56,629 nt of DNA. Origin: Anaerolineae bacterium. GTDB taxonomy: Bacteria; Chloroflexota; Anaerolineae; Aggregatilineales; Phototrophicaceae. The notes below the pieces were generated by a model. It had not been told where the DNA came from and searched no databases. It saw only the letters and a program-made list of their open reading frames with translations. Position numbers and translations under genes: made by a program. The stretch is from positions 1 to 56,629 of the forward strand of contig DAOTXB010000550.1 in the NCBI GenBank assembly GCA_034435575.1, written 5' to 3'. Of the stretch, positions 11,083 to 20,514 are shown one piece after another; position 1 is the stretch's first letter, and every line of letters starts with the position of its first letter.

Positions 11083-11550
11083 TTAGATGATTATTTCCAT
11101 GTTAGTGTAACGCACACTAAAGCCTAATCGCTCATAAAAACGAATCGCTGACTTATTAAATGCCCATACACCGAGTGTAATTTGTTCAATTTGTTCGGAT
11201 TTTGCATATTCAACGACATATGTCGTCAAAACTTCACCGTAACCCTTGCCACGATGTTCAGGTAAGACAGATATCTGATCAATTTCAATCCTCCGCACTG
11301 GGTGCTTAAATAGTGAATCATCACGGTGGATTACACGAGCAAGCGTATATCCAACTACCTCATCATCCATTTCACCGATAAATATCTTAACCTGTGGGGA
11401 CATAATCTGGTCAACCATAAACTGAACCATCGCCACTTCGTCAAAATGTTTAAAGATGTCAGGGCGACCCTCAATATGTACCTGCTGAACGTGCTTACAC
11501 TGTTCCATCAGCATGTGCGCGTCGTCCACAGTGGCGGTGCGAATCTTCAT
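11083..11550 (-). CDS. GNAT-family N-acetyltransferase
   Basis: 155 aa with the acetyl-CoA loop HRGKGYGEVL. Shares an ATGA overlap with aroE. Confidence 0.75.
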   Translation of the reverse strand: MKIRTATVDDAHMLMEQCKHVQQVHIEGRPDIFKHFDEVAMVQFMVDQIMSPQVKIFIGEMDDEVVGYTLARVIHRDDSLFKHPVRRIEIDQISVLPEHRGKGYGEVLTTYVVEYAKSEQIEQITLGVWAFNKSAIRFYERLGFSVRYTNMEIII

Positions 11551-12371
11551 TTGTTAAGTTCCTTTTTCAGAGCATCAAACATCACATCAAGGGGCGGATC
11601 AACACCTGCCCAAATTTTAAATGCTTCTGCTCCTTGGCGAGCCAGCATGCCCAAACCACTGATTGACCGACCACCTGCATCCTCAAACTGTTGCATCAAG
11701 CGCGTCTTTGCGGGACGATACACCATATCATAAACAACAGCATCGTTGGGAATCATGATACCCTCTGACCAAGGTGAAACATCAACTTTCGGATACATTC
11801 CCGCTGATGTGCAATTCACAACTAAATCAACGCCCGAATTCACCGCTTCGGACAGTGTTTTTAGCTCAACAGAGGTAATCCCCGCGCTGATCGTCAAACT
11901 CGTCAACATCTCTTGTGCTCGCTCGCGTGTTCGATTCACAACCGTCACATGAGCGCCTTCTACAATCAACCCATAAATCGCCGCACGTGCCGCACCACCA
12001 GCGCCCAACACAATAACATTGGCATCTTTGAGGTAGACATTATGTGCTTTCAAGTCATCGATGAAGCCAACTACGTCCGTATTTGTACCCTCATTCGTAC
12101 GCAAATCAACTGTGTTGACTGCCCCAATAGCACGTGCGCGCTCATCCATTGTGACAAATTTTGTCACAGCTTCTTTATGCGGAATCGTCACATTGATACC
12201 CACATACCCGTGACGTTGCGGTTCACGCAAGCCAAGATGAATAATATCAGATGGAATAGCCATTGTATCGTAACGCCAATCCATACCCAAAGCTTCAAAA
12301 GCCGCATTGTGCATTGGTGGACTCAAGCTATGTTCCAACGGAAAACCGATAATACCGACACGTACAGTCAT
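11547..12371 (-). CDS. aroE: shikimate 5-dehydrogenase
   Basis: 274 aa. Has SLSPPMHNAAF and VLGAGGAARA. Confidence 0.92.
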   Translation of the reverse strand: MTVRVGIIGFPLEHSLSPPMHNAAFEALGMDWRYDTMAIPSDIIHLGLREPQRHGYVGINVTIPHKEAVTKFVTMDERARAIGAVNTVDLRTNEGTNTDVVGFIDDLKAHNVYLKDANVIVLGAGGAARAAIYGLIVEGAHVTVVNRTRERAQEMLTSLTISAGITSVELKTLSEAVNSGVDLVVNCTSAGMYPKVDVSPWSEGIMIPNDAVVYDMVYRPAKTRLMQQFEDAGGRSISGLGMLARQGAEAFKIWAGVDPPLDVMFDALKKELNK

Positions 12372-12400
12372 GTTTAACCTTTATCTTGTTCATTCCACAA

Positions 12401-13717
12401 TTAATTCGTGAATGTCGCGCCATCTTCAACAATAAGCAGACCGCCTAGAGTTTCAACAGTTTGCTTAAATCCTGGAAATGAATCACCAGCACAGGTTGAA
12501 TCCGTGACTACAGTTTGTTCATCTGCTAACAACCCTGCGACGGTCAAACTCATCGCAATCCGATGATCATCATGTCCATCAACTATGGCACCATCCAATT
12601 TCTGTGGTCCGTCAATTACAAATCCATCATCATTTTCGATGATTTCTGCACCAAGTTTCCGCAATTCCCTAGTCATTACTGCGAGCCGGTCTGTCTCCTT
12701 GACTCGGAGTTCCTCCGCATCCTTAACGACTGTCTTCCCCTCCGCACACAGCGCCGCTACCATCAATATGGGAAACTCATCAATCATGCGAACCACAAGA
12801 TCACCACCAACCTCAACGCCCTTTAAAGCACTATGCCGAACGCGAATCTCACCAACTAATTCACCCGCTTCCGTACCTGTTTGTGTAACAGTAATATCCG
12901 CGCCCATTTCTAGCATCACATCAAGCAAACCAGTACGTGTTTCGTTCAGATTCACACCGCGAATTGTGATATCACTATCCGGCACAATCGATGCCGCAAC
13001 AATCAAGAAGGCGGCAGAAGAAAAATCACCGGGTACTGTCAGATTCATCGGTTTTAAGGATGCCCCGGGTGTGAGCGTAATCCGGTTTCCCTGTACAGCA
13101 AGTTCTGCGCCCATTGCGGTCAACATCCGCTCTGTATGATCTCTAGCAGGTCCCGGCTCAATAACAGTTGTTTGACCTTGTGCAAATAATCCAGCCAATA
13201 GTACAGCACTCTTAACCTGTGCACTTGCCATCGGTAGCGTATATTCAATACCTTTGAGTTTTGAAGGTCTGAATGTCATCGGTGCACGGTCATGTTCCGC
13301 GTCAATGTGTGCCCCCATCTCCCGCAAAGGCGCGGTAATTCGCCTCATCGGGCGACGTCTCAACTGATAACTACCATCTAACACACTCAAAAATTGTTGC
13401 CCAGCCATAATTCCGGCTAACAACCGAATTCCTGTACCTGCATTAACGAAATCTAATGGCTCATCTGGTTCATTTAAGGCACCACCATGAATCACCAATG
13501 TATGAGTATCAAGTCGATCTATCTTTATACCAAGTGCCCGCGCTACACCAAGCGTTGCCTCAGTATCACCCGCCGCCAGCCATCCACGAACATGCGTTTC
13601 ACCTTCTGCGAGCATACCTAGCAAAATCGAACGATGCGAAATCGATTTATCCCCTGGAACGTGTACATCGCCCGTAAGCGGGTTTCCTGGACGGATTACA
13701 AATGCTTCTCTAGACAA
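12401..13717 (-). CDS. aroA: 3-phosphoshikimate 1-carboxyvinyltransferase (EPSP synthase)
   Basis: 438 aa with PGDKSISHRS. TTG start preceded by GAGGGA. Confidence 0.93.
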   Translation of the reverse strand: MSREAFVIRPGNPLTGDVHVPGDKSISHRSILLGMLAEGETHVRGWLAAGDTEATLGVARALGIKIDRLDTHTLVIHGGALNEPDEPLDFVNAGTGIRLLAGIMAGQQFLSVLDGSYQLRRRPMRRITAPLREMGAHIDAEHDRAPMTFRPSKLKGIEYTLPMASAQVKSAVLLAGLFAQGQTTVIEPGPARDHTERMLTAMGAELAVQGNRITLTPGASLKPMNLTVPGDFSSAAFLIVAASIVPDSDITIRGVNLNETRTGLLDVMLEMGADITVTQTGTEAGELVGEIRVRHSALKGVEVGGDLVVRMIDEFPILMVAALCAEGKTVVKDAEELRVKETDRLAVMTRELRKLGAEIIENDDGFVIDGPQKLDGAIVDGHDDHRIAMSLTVAGLLADEQTVVTDSTCAGDSFPGFKQTVETLGGLLIVEDGATFTN

Positions 13718-13733
13718 TGTGATCCCTCGTTTC

Positions 13734-14618
13734 TTATTTCCGTTGATAATATTGCGCCCATTTCAAGCGTGCTTCTCGCACGGGACGCAAGGCTTCGGTC
13801 AACTGCTCTTCATCACGCCCAATCAACATCTTTTCTAACAAGGCTAATTGGACACGAAATTGCGCTAGCAATACGGCAATCGCCTGCGTGTTTGTGCTAA
13901 TGATGTCGCTCATCATACGAATGTCGCTACCGGCGAGCCGCGACATATCTCGAAACCCACCTGCGGCGAGATGCCATACGGCTTCATCCACCTGCGCCTC
14001 ACTATCCGCCGTTGCAACCATGGCTACGCTTAGTAGATACGGTAAATGACTGATTGTAGCCACAACACGATCATGGCGCGCTGATTCCATCTCAATCGGT
14101 AATGCGCCTAGCGCTTCAACCAAAGCCAATGCGCGAAGTCGGGTTGCCGGTGTGGTACGACGGGTGGCACAGAGCACAAATGGTTTATCAATATAAAGAT
14201 CAGCATCACTCACATCGATCCCGTTACTTTCTTTACCGGTCATCGGATGACCACCAATGGCATGAATACCGATAGGCAAGCGCCCCATTGCCTCACAAAT
14301 ATCGTCTTTTGTACTGCCTATATCGATTAACAAAGTGTTTGAACGCAGGTAGCTACCAATACGATTACGCAACATACTGATCAAAGCACGTACCGGCGCA
14401 CACAAAATAACCACATCTGCATCTTTCACACCATTTTTGAGATCATCAGTTGCTTCGCTAACAATGCCCTGATCTAAAGCATATTGTCGTGTGGTCTCGT
14501 CAAGATCAACCCCAACAACTTTTTCCGCATAGTCTTTAAGCGCCAGCGCCATTGAGCCACCCATTAACCCTAGACCAACAATAGTCAGCTGACGCGCATG
14601 AAATCCACCTGAGGACAT
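13734..14618 (-). CDS. tyrA: prephenate (or arogenate) dehydrogenase
   Basis: 294 aa with Rossmann motif VGLGLMGGSMALAL and GGHPMTG. Confidence 0.85.
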   Translation of the reverse strand: MSSGGFHARQLTIVGLGLMGGSMALALKDYAEKVVGVDLDETTRQYALDQGIVSEATDDLKNGVKDADVVILCAPVRALISMLRNRIGSYLRSNTLLIDIGSTKDDICEAMGRLPIGIHAIGGHPMTGKESNGIDVSDADLYIDKPFVLCATRRTTPATRLRALALVEALGALPIEMESARHDRVVATISHLPYLLSVAMVATADSEAQVDEAVWHLAAGGFRDMSRLAGSDIRMMSDIISTNTQAIAVLLAQFRVQLALLEKMLIGRDEEQLTEALRPVREARLKWAQYYQRK

Positions 14619-14619
14619 A

Positions 14620-15636
14620 TTAAGCCTTTCGCCCTACTGCCTCCGCAATGAGTTTAATACGATCCATCATGTCTTTGAATCCATCAACACTCAGGCTCTG
14701 GCGACCATCAGACATCGCTTCCTCCGGTGTAGGATGTACCTCGACAATTAGACCGTCGGCACCCGCCGCAACCGCCGCGCGCGATAGCGCCTCAACATAT
14801 TCACGTTTACCCACAGCATGACTCGGATCAGCAACAACAGGTAAATGTGTCAAATGCTTTAAAACCGGAATAGCATTCAGATCAAATGTATTACGGGTAT
14901 ATTTTTCGAATGTGCGGATACCCCGCTCACACAACATTACATTACGATTTCCATGAGAAAGCACATATTCAGCCGCCATCAATAAATCTTCCATCGTACT
15001 GCTCATTCCACGTTTCAATAAAACCGGATGCAAACTTTCACCTGCGGCATTCAGAAGTGCAAAATTTTGCATGTTTCGCGCCCCAATCTGCAATACATCA
15101 GCATATTGTGTGACCAAAGGCACCAATGCAGGGTCCATCACCTCTGTGACGATAGGTAAACCGGTAGCTTCACGCGCCTCAGCTAACCATTGCAGGCCTT
15201 TTTCGCCATGTCCTTGAAAACTATAGGGTGATGTACGTGGTTTGAAAGCCCCACCACGCAATGCAGTCGCGCCTGCTTCCTTCACTGCACATGCTGTTTC
15301 GATAATCATTGAACGGTCTTCGACAGAACATGGACCAGCAATCACCAGGACTTTTTCACCACCCATAATTGAACCGTTCAGAGGCACGTGTGTATCTTGA
15401 GGACGAAATTCACGGCTAGCGAGTTTATATGGCGTAGACACACGTACAACTTTGTACACACCACTCATGATTTCGAATGTATCTTGCTTGAGTACATTAC
15501 TGCTTTCACCAACAATCCCTATAATGGTACGTTCCTCACCCTCAGAAAGATGTGGGATATAGCCTTCATGGTCAATGCGAGAAATCACTTCTGCAACATG
15601 TTTCGCGCTTGCCTGTGGCTTCATTACAACAATCAT
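14620..15636 (-). CDS. aroF: 3-deoxy-7-phosphoheptulonate (DAHP) synthase, type I-beta with an N-terminal ferredoxin/ACT-like domain
   Basis: 338 aa with [16 protein letters not shown]. Has a roughly 70-aa N-terminal extension like the Thermotoga-type enzymes. Confidence 0.9.
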   Translation of the reverse strand: MIVVMKPQASAKHVAEVISRIDHEGYIPHLSEGEERTIIGIVGESSNVLKQDTFEIMSGVYKVVRVSTPYKLASREFRPQDTHVPLNGSIMGGEKVLVIAGPCSVEDRSMIIETACAVKEAGATALRGGAFKPRTSPYSFQGHGEKGLQWLAEAREATGLPIVTEVMDPALVPLVTQYADVLQIGARNMQNFALLNAAGESLHPVLLKRGMSSTMEDLLMAAEYVLSHGNRNVMLCERGIRTFEKYTRNTFDLNAIPVLKHLTHLPVVADPSHAVGKREYVEALSRAAVAAGADGLIVEVHPTPEEAMSDGRQSLSVDGFKDMMDRIKLIAEAVGRKA

Positions 15637-16040
15637 ATTTCTTCACTCTCTTTATTTAAAATCATTTTATTCTTTGGGTAAAAAAAATCTGGGCGTAGTT
15701 TTTCCGCTCCATTCATGTACACATGCACAATCTCATCCAGTTTTTTAGCGGTGTTCCAATGTACAAGAATACGGACGCAAAGTTCCAAACCACCGGGTAC
15801 GTCAGACTCAACAGCCCCCATCAACGCCGTATGCTCCCATCCTGCCATACGCGCCGCCTTCGCAGGAAATGCGGCAGTTAAATCAGGAGACGTGGTAAAA
15901 AAAACACTCGCGACGTGTTGCTCTTGAATATCATTCGCATCAATCATTGTTTCCAGAAGCTCCCGGGTGCCCTCAACAATTGCGTCATGGGTGTTCTCAT
16001 CAACAGTGATTGCTCCCCGTACCCCACGCACCAACATCAT
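15633..16040 (-). CDS. aroH: chorismate mutase, AroH class
   Basis: [13 protein letters not shown].. is the classic AroH N-terminus. GAGGAG lies 8 nt upstream of the ATG at 16040. The longer track ORF (to 16121) runs through a terminator hairpin. Confidence 0.88.
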   Translation of the reverse strand: MMLVRGVRGAITVDENTHDAIVEGTRELLETMIDANDIQEQHVASVFFTTSPDLTAAFPAKAARMAGWEHTALMGAVESDVPGGLELCVRILVHWNTAKKLDEIVHVYMNGAEKLRPDFFYPKNKMILNKESEEI

Positions 16041-16082
16041 ATGCTTGCTCCTCGTATTTCTGTAGCAGTTGCGCTTTAGACA

Positions 16083-16112
16083 AATAAAAAGCGCAGAGCG
16101 GATGCTCTGCGC
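16083..16112 (-). terminator. intrinsic terminator inside the aro leader
   Basis: Minus-strand GCGCAGAGC-AUCC-GCUCUGCGC followed by UUUUUAUUU, about 45 nt upstream of the aroH RBS. Confidence 0.75.
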
Positions 16113-16272
16113 CGACTTCACCGAGTTACTTTACGGTTAACAAATCGTGGAGATAGCACGAACCATCCAAAAACGTCCTATGTCGTTCGTAAAATAATAA
16201 AAGAAATAGGTTGTGTTCGGAACTGTGTTATCAATCACGTTTTGTGCCTTTGCTTTTCAGCGCAGAGCATAC
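16083..16272 (-). promoter_or_regulatory. candidate attenuator/riboswitch-like leader of the aro operon (unclassified, not a T-box)
   Basis: An exact extra copy of the terminator 3' arm (AUGCUCUGCGC, 16270..16260) can pair 11 bp with the terminator 5' arm (16112..16102). Nested helices occur at 16244..16236/16149..16141 and 16190..16185/16163..16158. Confidence 0.5.
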
Positions 16273-16277
16273 TACAG

Positions 16278-16306
16278 ATTATGAGAGCCTGTCAACTTCT
16301 CGTCAA
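16278..16306 (-). promoter_or_regulatory. putative sigma-70-type promoter of the aro leader
   Basis: Minus strand reads TTGACG (16306..16301), 17 nt, CATAAT (16283..16278). An overlapping alternative is TTGACA-18-TATGCT. Confidence 0.45.
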
Positions 16307-16358
16307 AATCACCGACATATCCATTGAATTTCGTACAATCTGCCTAATAGTTCTATGG

Positions 16359-17168
16359 TTAATTGTCTAAAGCAGATCGCAAAGATAAGGCTAATTCCTC
16401 AACATGATTTATACTTTGGGCACCCGCCTTTACAAGCGCACTACCCACAATAAACCCGTTGACCAGACCAGTCATCATTTGTGCATGTTCAGGTTTACTA
16501 ATGCCAAATCCCATCACAAGTGGTTGATCTGTTTCTTTGCGTAGACGCGCAATGAATTCTGCTAGATAATCTGGCAACTCGGTACGTTCACCCGTGATTC
16601 CTGTCAACGTTACGACGTAGATAAATCCACGTGCATGTTCGGCAACCAGCTTTATCCGCTTCGGGTTACTTGTCGGCGCGAGGAAGAAAACTAGCGCCAT
16701 GCCCGTTTCATCGCACGCGTCTGCAAACATATGCGCTTCTTCCGCCGGCAAATCAGGAATAATTAATCCGTCAGCGCCCGCTTCCCTAGCATCATGCACA
16801 AATTTTTCTGTACCATAGGCGACAAGAGGATTTAGATAACTAAACATCATCAATGGTTGTGTAACCCCACGTTCACGTAAGGTTTTTACCGCTTCAAGTG
16901 TTTTTGTCACCGTAATACCATTATCAAGCGCAACCTGTGTTGCCGCTTGAATTGTAGGTCCATCAGCAAGTGGATCACTAAAGGGTACGCCAATCTCAAA
17001 TCCATCTACACCAACACCCGCCATCCGTTCAATTGCGTCTAACGAAGCGTCATATGTCGGGTAACCAATCGGGTAATATGGCATAAACGCCGCCCTACCC
17101 TGTGCTTCAGTCGTTTTAAATACCTCATCAAGCGATTCAACGCCAGTTTTTTTCCGCATATTATTCAT
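16359..17168 (-). CDS. trpA: tryptophan synthase alpha chain
   Basis: 269 aa with GVPFSDPLADGPTIQ. Confidence 0.93.
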   Translation of the reverse strand: MNNMRKKTGVESLDEVFKTTEAQGRAAFMPYYPIGYPTYDASLDAIERMAGVGVDGFEIGVPFSDPLADGPTIQAATQVALDNGITVTKTLEAVKTLRERGVTQPLMMFSYLNPLVAYGTEKFVHDAREAGADGLIIPDLPAEEAHMFADACDETGMALVFFLAPTSNPKRIKLVAEHARGFIYVVTLTGITGERTELPDYLAEFIARLRKETDQPLVMGFGISKPEHAQMMTGLVNGFIVGSALVKAGAQSINHVEELALSLRSALDN

Positions 17169-17213
17169 AATCCACTATCCTCTATATGTCGCAAGAAATA
17201 CGGCACACTTCAC

Positions 17214-17990
17214 TTAGGGTAATGATTGTGTCATGGCACATAAGCCAGATACCATGATCTTATTGGCAACTGTGGTACGTAATGCCCAATTCTCTGCACT
17301 TAAATCTAATTCAACCTGTAACGCTTTTTGTTCATCATGAGTTGCGGCACGATCTTTGTATTGATCAGCGGACTCATATTCCAGACCGTCTACCTCGGTA
17401 TAGCCCCATGAAAACCCGCCACGTTTTAACAATACTGCCCACCCTGCATCCATGTTTAAAGCATCTTTACAATCTGAATGTCTTAAGATGTATTCAACAG
17501 CATTTTTACTCATCCCACGCGACCCTGCGCCAAAATCCATCGCAAGTTCAAAATACTGCGAAAAAACCGTATTGAATAATCTTTCCGTCTCGAACATCGA
17601 GCGTGGATGTGTGTTCCAAGCAAATGCAGTCCGCCCTAAAATGAGTAACTCTTGATTAGGGATTGTTGCTACAACTTGCTTTAACTCGTCAAAATGACAT
17701 TCTGACCAGCGCACAAGACGATCAAAATCCACGTAATGCACGTATTTTGCACCGGACTCTATCGCCCGTTTAACACACAAGTAACGCCCACTCCAACCCG
17801 AGAAAATTTGATATTGAACATCGTTTTCCTCGAAAAATGCTTGAATCATCTGTATTTCTGCTGACTCATCCATAATTGCGACAACAATCTTCTCATAAAT
17901 TTCACGCAATTTAGGCAATTCGCGCTTAAACCGTCCCAATTCACCGCGTGGATACCATGAACAAGCAAGCGTTACCGGATTAGTCTTCAA
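17214..17990 (-). CDS. hypothetical protein, possibly GT-A-fold (DxD-like HYVDFD)
   Basis: 258-aa ORF with a TTG start that overlaps the upstream hydrolase gene by 11 nt. No family recognised with confidence. Confidence 0.4.
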   Translation of the reverse strand: MKTNPVTLACSWYPRGELGRFKRELPKLREIYEKIVVAIMDESAEIQMIQAFFEENDVQYQIFSGWSGRYLCVKRAIESGAKYVHYVDFDRLVRWSECHFDELKQVVATIPNQELLILGRTAFAWNTHPRSMFETERLFNTVFSQYFELAMDFGAGSRGMSKNAVEYILRHSDCKDALNMDAGWAVLLKRGGFSWGYTEVDGLEYESADQYKDRAATHDEQKALQVELDLSAENWALRTTVANKIMVSGLCAMTQSLP

Positions 17991-18849
17991 CGAGTGCCTC
18001 TAGGATTTCTTGCCATTTCTGGAAAAACAAAAAATGTCCCGCACCTCGTTCAAAATGCCATCGTGTATTCGGAATATGCTCATTCAAATAATGTCCCATC
18101 GGTGGTGGAACTATACTATCTTCATCGCCATACCACAGGTCAATCTCGGTCCGTATGCCCTTGAGAGAGAAGCCCCAAGGCGACACAACAAGTTTCGCTT
18201 CTTGAACCCATCCCTTCACACCATTCCTCACTGCCTCAGACCGATACCCTCTGACCTGTTCCGCATATTCTGGTTGATACAATAAGTGCCGGTCTGCCTG
18301 TCCTGCACGTTCAAGCACCTGTTCCCATGCTTTGCCAGGGTCACGTTTTTCGCTACGCATTTGAATATTGAGCAGGAATCGTAATAACCATGCAGGTTGT
18401 TTAGCGGATCGGTAAGCAAGGCGATAGGCTTCATTAACACCTTCCAACGGATCACCACGGTCAAACGGCGCGGCACCACTGAAAATTGAGCCACGTAATA
18501 CACGATCTTGTAAAATATACGCAGTTGCCGCAACATATGGTCCACCGGCGGATACACCAAGAACATAAAACCTGTCGATCTCAAGCGCATCCACTAGTTG
18601 CTGTATATCATCTGGAAAATCCAACAGTTTTCGACCCGATTGAAAATCTGATAGTCCATATCCGGGGCGATCTGGTGTAATCATGCGAATACCGAGTGTC
18701 TCAACAATATTTTCATCAGGATGACGCATATACCTAGAACCGGGATTACCATGAATAAAAATTACAGGCTTGCCATTAGCATCACCATGTTCGGTATATG
18801 CAAGGTTGCGACTATCCTTTAGGCGAATGATTTTATCTTCACTATTCAT
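17980..18849 (-). CDS. alpha/beta-fold hydrolase (proline-iminopeptidase-like)
   Basis: Has HGNPGS (oxyanion region) and the nucleophile elbow GVSAGG. The ATG at 18849 overlaps the upstream stop (TGATG). GTG at 18852 is an alternative start. Confidence 0.75.
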   Translation of the reverse strand: MNSEDKIIRLKDSRNLAYTEHGDANGKPVIFIHGNPGSRYMRHPDENIVETLGIRMITPDRPGYGLSDFQSGRKLLDFPDDIQQLVDALEIDRFYVLGVSAGGPYVAATAYILQDRVLRGSIFSGAAPFDRGDPLEGVNEAYRLAYRSAKQPAWLLRFLLNIQMRSEKRDPGKAWEQVLERAGQADRHLLYQPEYAEQVRGYRSEAVRNGVKGWVQEAKLVVSPWGFSLKGIRTEIDLWYGDEDSIVPPPMGHYLNEHIPNTRWHFERGAGHFLFFQKWQEILEALVED

Positions 18850-19241
18850 CACAGTTCATCATCTTTCGCAATTGAATGACTATGCCACCATTCCTCAAAA
18901 AGTTCACACTGCCCGACATGGTCAAATTGGCACCGCATAATGCCATCTAAATACACCAGTTTCTCAGATTTCACACGATTAAATTGCGCGGTCCAATGTG
19001 CCATGCCAACACCATCCTCATCAACATGAAGTATGTCAAATGCAAATTGCACGTTGCCCTGATGACTGGAAATGTCACACCAATATTGAACAATCGCATC
19101 ACGATCTTGTAAATCCTCGGCGAATGGCGAAATCTTGTAGATTGCATCTTCACTGAATAACGTCGCTATCAGTTCAGGGTCATGCCTTTCCCACGCAATC
19201 TTGTAATTGCTCAACCACCATGAAAAGTTTTCAATCGTCAC
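18849..19241 (-). CDS. small NTF2/SnoaL-like-fold protein (tentative)
   Basis: 130 aa, Trp/aromatic-rich and of typical SnoaL-like size. GTG start 7 nt after the trpB stop. The call rests on general resemblance only. Confidence 0.35.
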   Translation of the reverse strand: MTIENFSWWLSNYKIAWERHDPELIATLFSEDAIYKISPFAEDLQDRDAIVQYWCDISSHQGNVQFAFDILHVDEDGVGMAHWTAQFNRVKSEKLVYLDGIMRCQFDHVGQCELFEEWWHSHSIAKDDEL

Positions 19242-19248
19242 AATTTAT

Positions 19249-20496
19249 TTAATCATCCGATGGTTCAAGCGCTTTAATAACCGTGTCAAGGTCTTTATCG
19301 CCACGTCCACTAAGGTTGACAAGAATCACACTATCTTTAGGCATAGATGGCGCACGTTTAATCACTTCTGCAACTGCATGAGCACTTTCCAGCGCAGGTA
19401 TAATACCCTCGGTTTGGCTCAATGTTTGAAATGCTTCAAGCGTTTCGTCATCAGTTGCCATCGTGTAATAAGCGCGTTCAAGCTGACGCAAATAGGCGTG
19501 TTCTGGTCCCACAGATGCATAATCCAGACCCGCGCTGATACTATGTGTGTTCAAAATTTGACCGTCTTGAGTTTGCATCACATAGGAGCGTGTACCCTGT
19601 AAAATGCCCGGACGACTGATGTTAGGATCTGCAAAACGTGCGGCATGTTCGCCTCCTTCAATACCACGTCCACCTGCTTCCACACCGATCAAATCGATAT
19701 TTTCATCTTCACGAAAAGCGTGAAATAAGCCGATCGCATTGCTACCACCACCTACGCACGCAATACATACATCTGGTAAACGTCCGGCTTCTTCAACAAT
19801 CTGCTCACGCGCTTCTGTGCCGATCACGCTTTGAAAATCACGGACTATGCGCGGATAAGGATGTGGCCCTAAAGCGGAACCAAGCAGATAAAATGTGTCA
19901 TTGACATTGGTCACCCAATCACGGATTGCCTCATTGATAGCATCCTTTAGGGTTTTACTGCCACTCTCTACTGGAATCACTTCCGAACCAAGTAATTTCA
20001 TACGAAATACATTCGGTTGTTGTCTGGCAATATCCACACTGCCCATATATACATGACAGTCCAACCCGAGTAATGCGGAGGCTGTCGCACTCGCGACTCC
20101 ATGTTGACCAGCGCCAGTTTCCGCAACAACACGGTGTTTTCCCATACGTTTCGCCAGTAACGCTTGCCCTAACGCATTATTGATCTTATGTGCACCAGTA
20201 TGAGCAAGGTCTTCGCGCTTCAGATAAATTTTCGCGCCACCGAGCTTTTCGCTCAAACGTTTGGCATATGTTACAGGCGTTGGACGACCCGTATATGTGC
20301 GTTGCAAATGTGCTAGTTCACCCTGAAATTCAGGATCAGCCATTGCTTCTTCATATGCCACAATCAGTTCATCAAGCGCGGGCATTAGCGTTTCTGGTAC
20401 AAATCGTCCGCCAAACTCACCAAAATAACCGCGAGCATCAGGCAAATTGGTCTTATTAATGTCAATATATAAGTCCGTCATTCCATTAAACCTCAT
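19249..20496 (-). CDS. trpB: tryptophan synthase beta chain
   Basis: 415 aa. Has [15 protein letters not shown] and the PLP lysine motif HTGAHKINN. Confidence 0.95.
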   Translation of the reverse strand: MRFNGMTDLYIDINKTNLPDARGYFGEFGGRFVPETLMPALDELIVAYEEAMADPEFQGELAHLQRTYTGRPTPVTYAKRLSEKLGGAKIYLKREDLAHTGAHKINNALGQALLAKRMGKHRVVAETGAGQHGVASATASALLGLDCHVYMGSVDIARQQPNVFRMKLLGSEVIPVESGSKTLKDAINEAIRDWVTNVNDTFYLLGSALGPHPYPRIVRDFQSVIGTEAREQIVEEAGRLPDVCIACVGGGSNAIGLFHAFREDENIDLIGVEAGGRGIEGGEHAARFADPNISRPGILQGTRSYVMQTQDGQILNTHSISAGLDYASVGPEHAYLRQLERAYYTMATDDETLEAFQTLSQTEGIIPALESAHAVAEVIKRAPSMPKDSVILVNLSGRGDKDLDTVIKALEPSDD

Positions 20497-20514
20497 TGTT
20501 TATCTCATAATATT

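Noticed and set aside
12585-13139. Long antisense ORFs opposite real genes. Examples are 12585..13139 (+), 9981..10316 (+), 48845..49387 (+), 52175..52696 (-), 54657..55193 (-) and 23051..23476 (+).
   Set aside because: Each lies fully inside a confidently identified gene on the other strand and has low-complexity Ser/Arg/Pro/Ala-rich translations typical of shadow ORFs. No independent motif supports any of them.
16041-16121. N-terminal extension of the aroH ORF (track start 16121).
   Set aside because: It covers the leader terminator hairpin. [13 protein letters not shown] at 16040 is the canonical AroH start and has a GAGGAG RBS.
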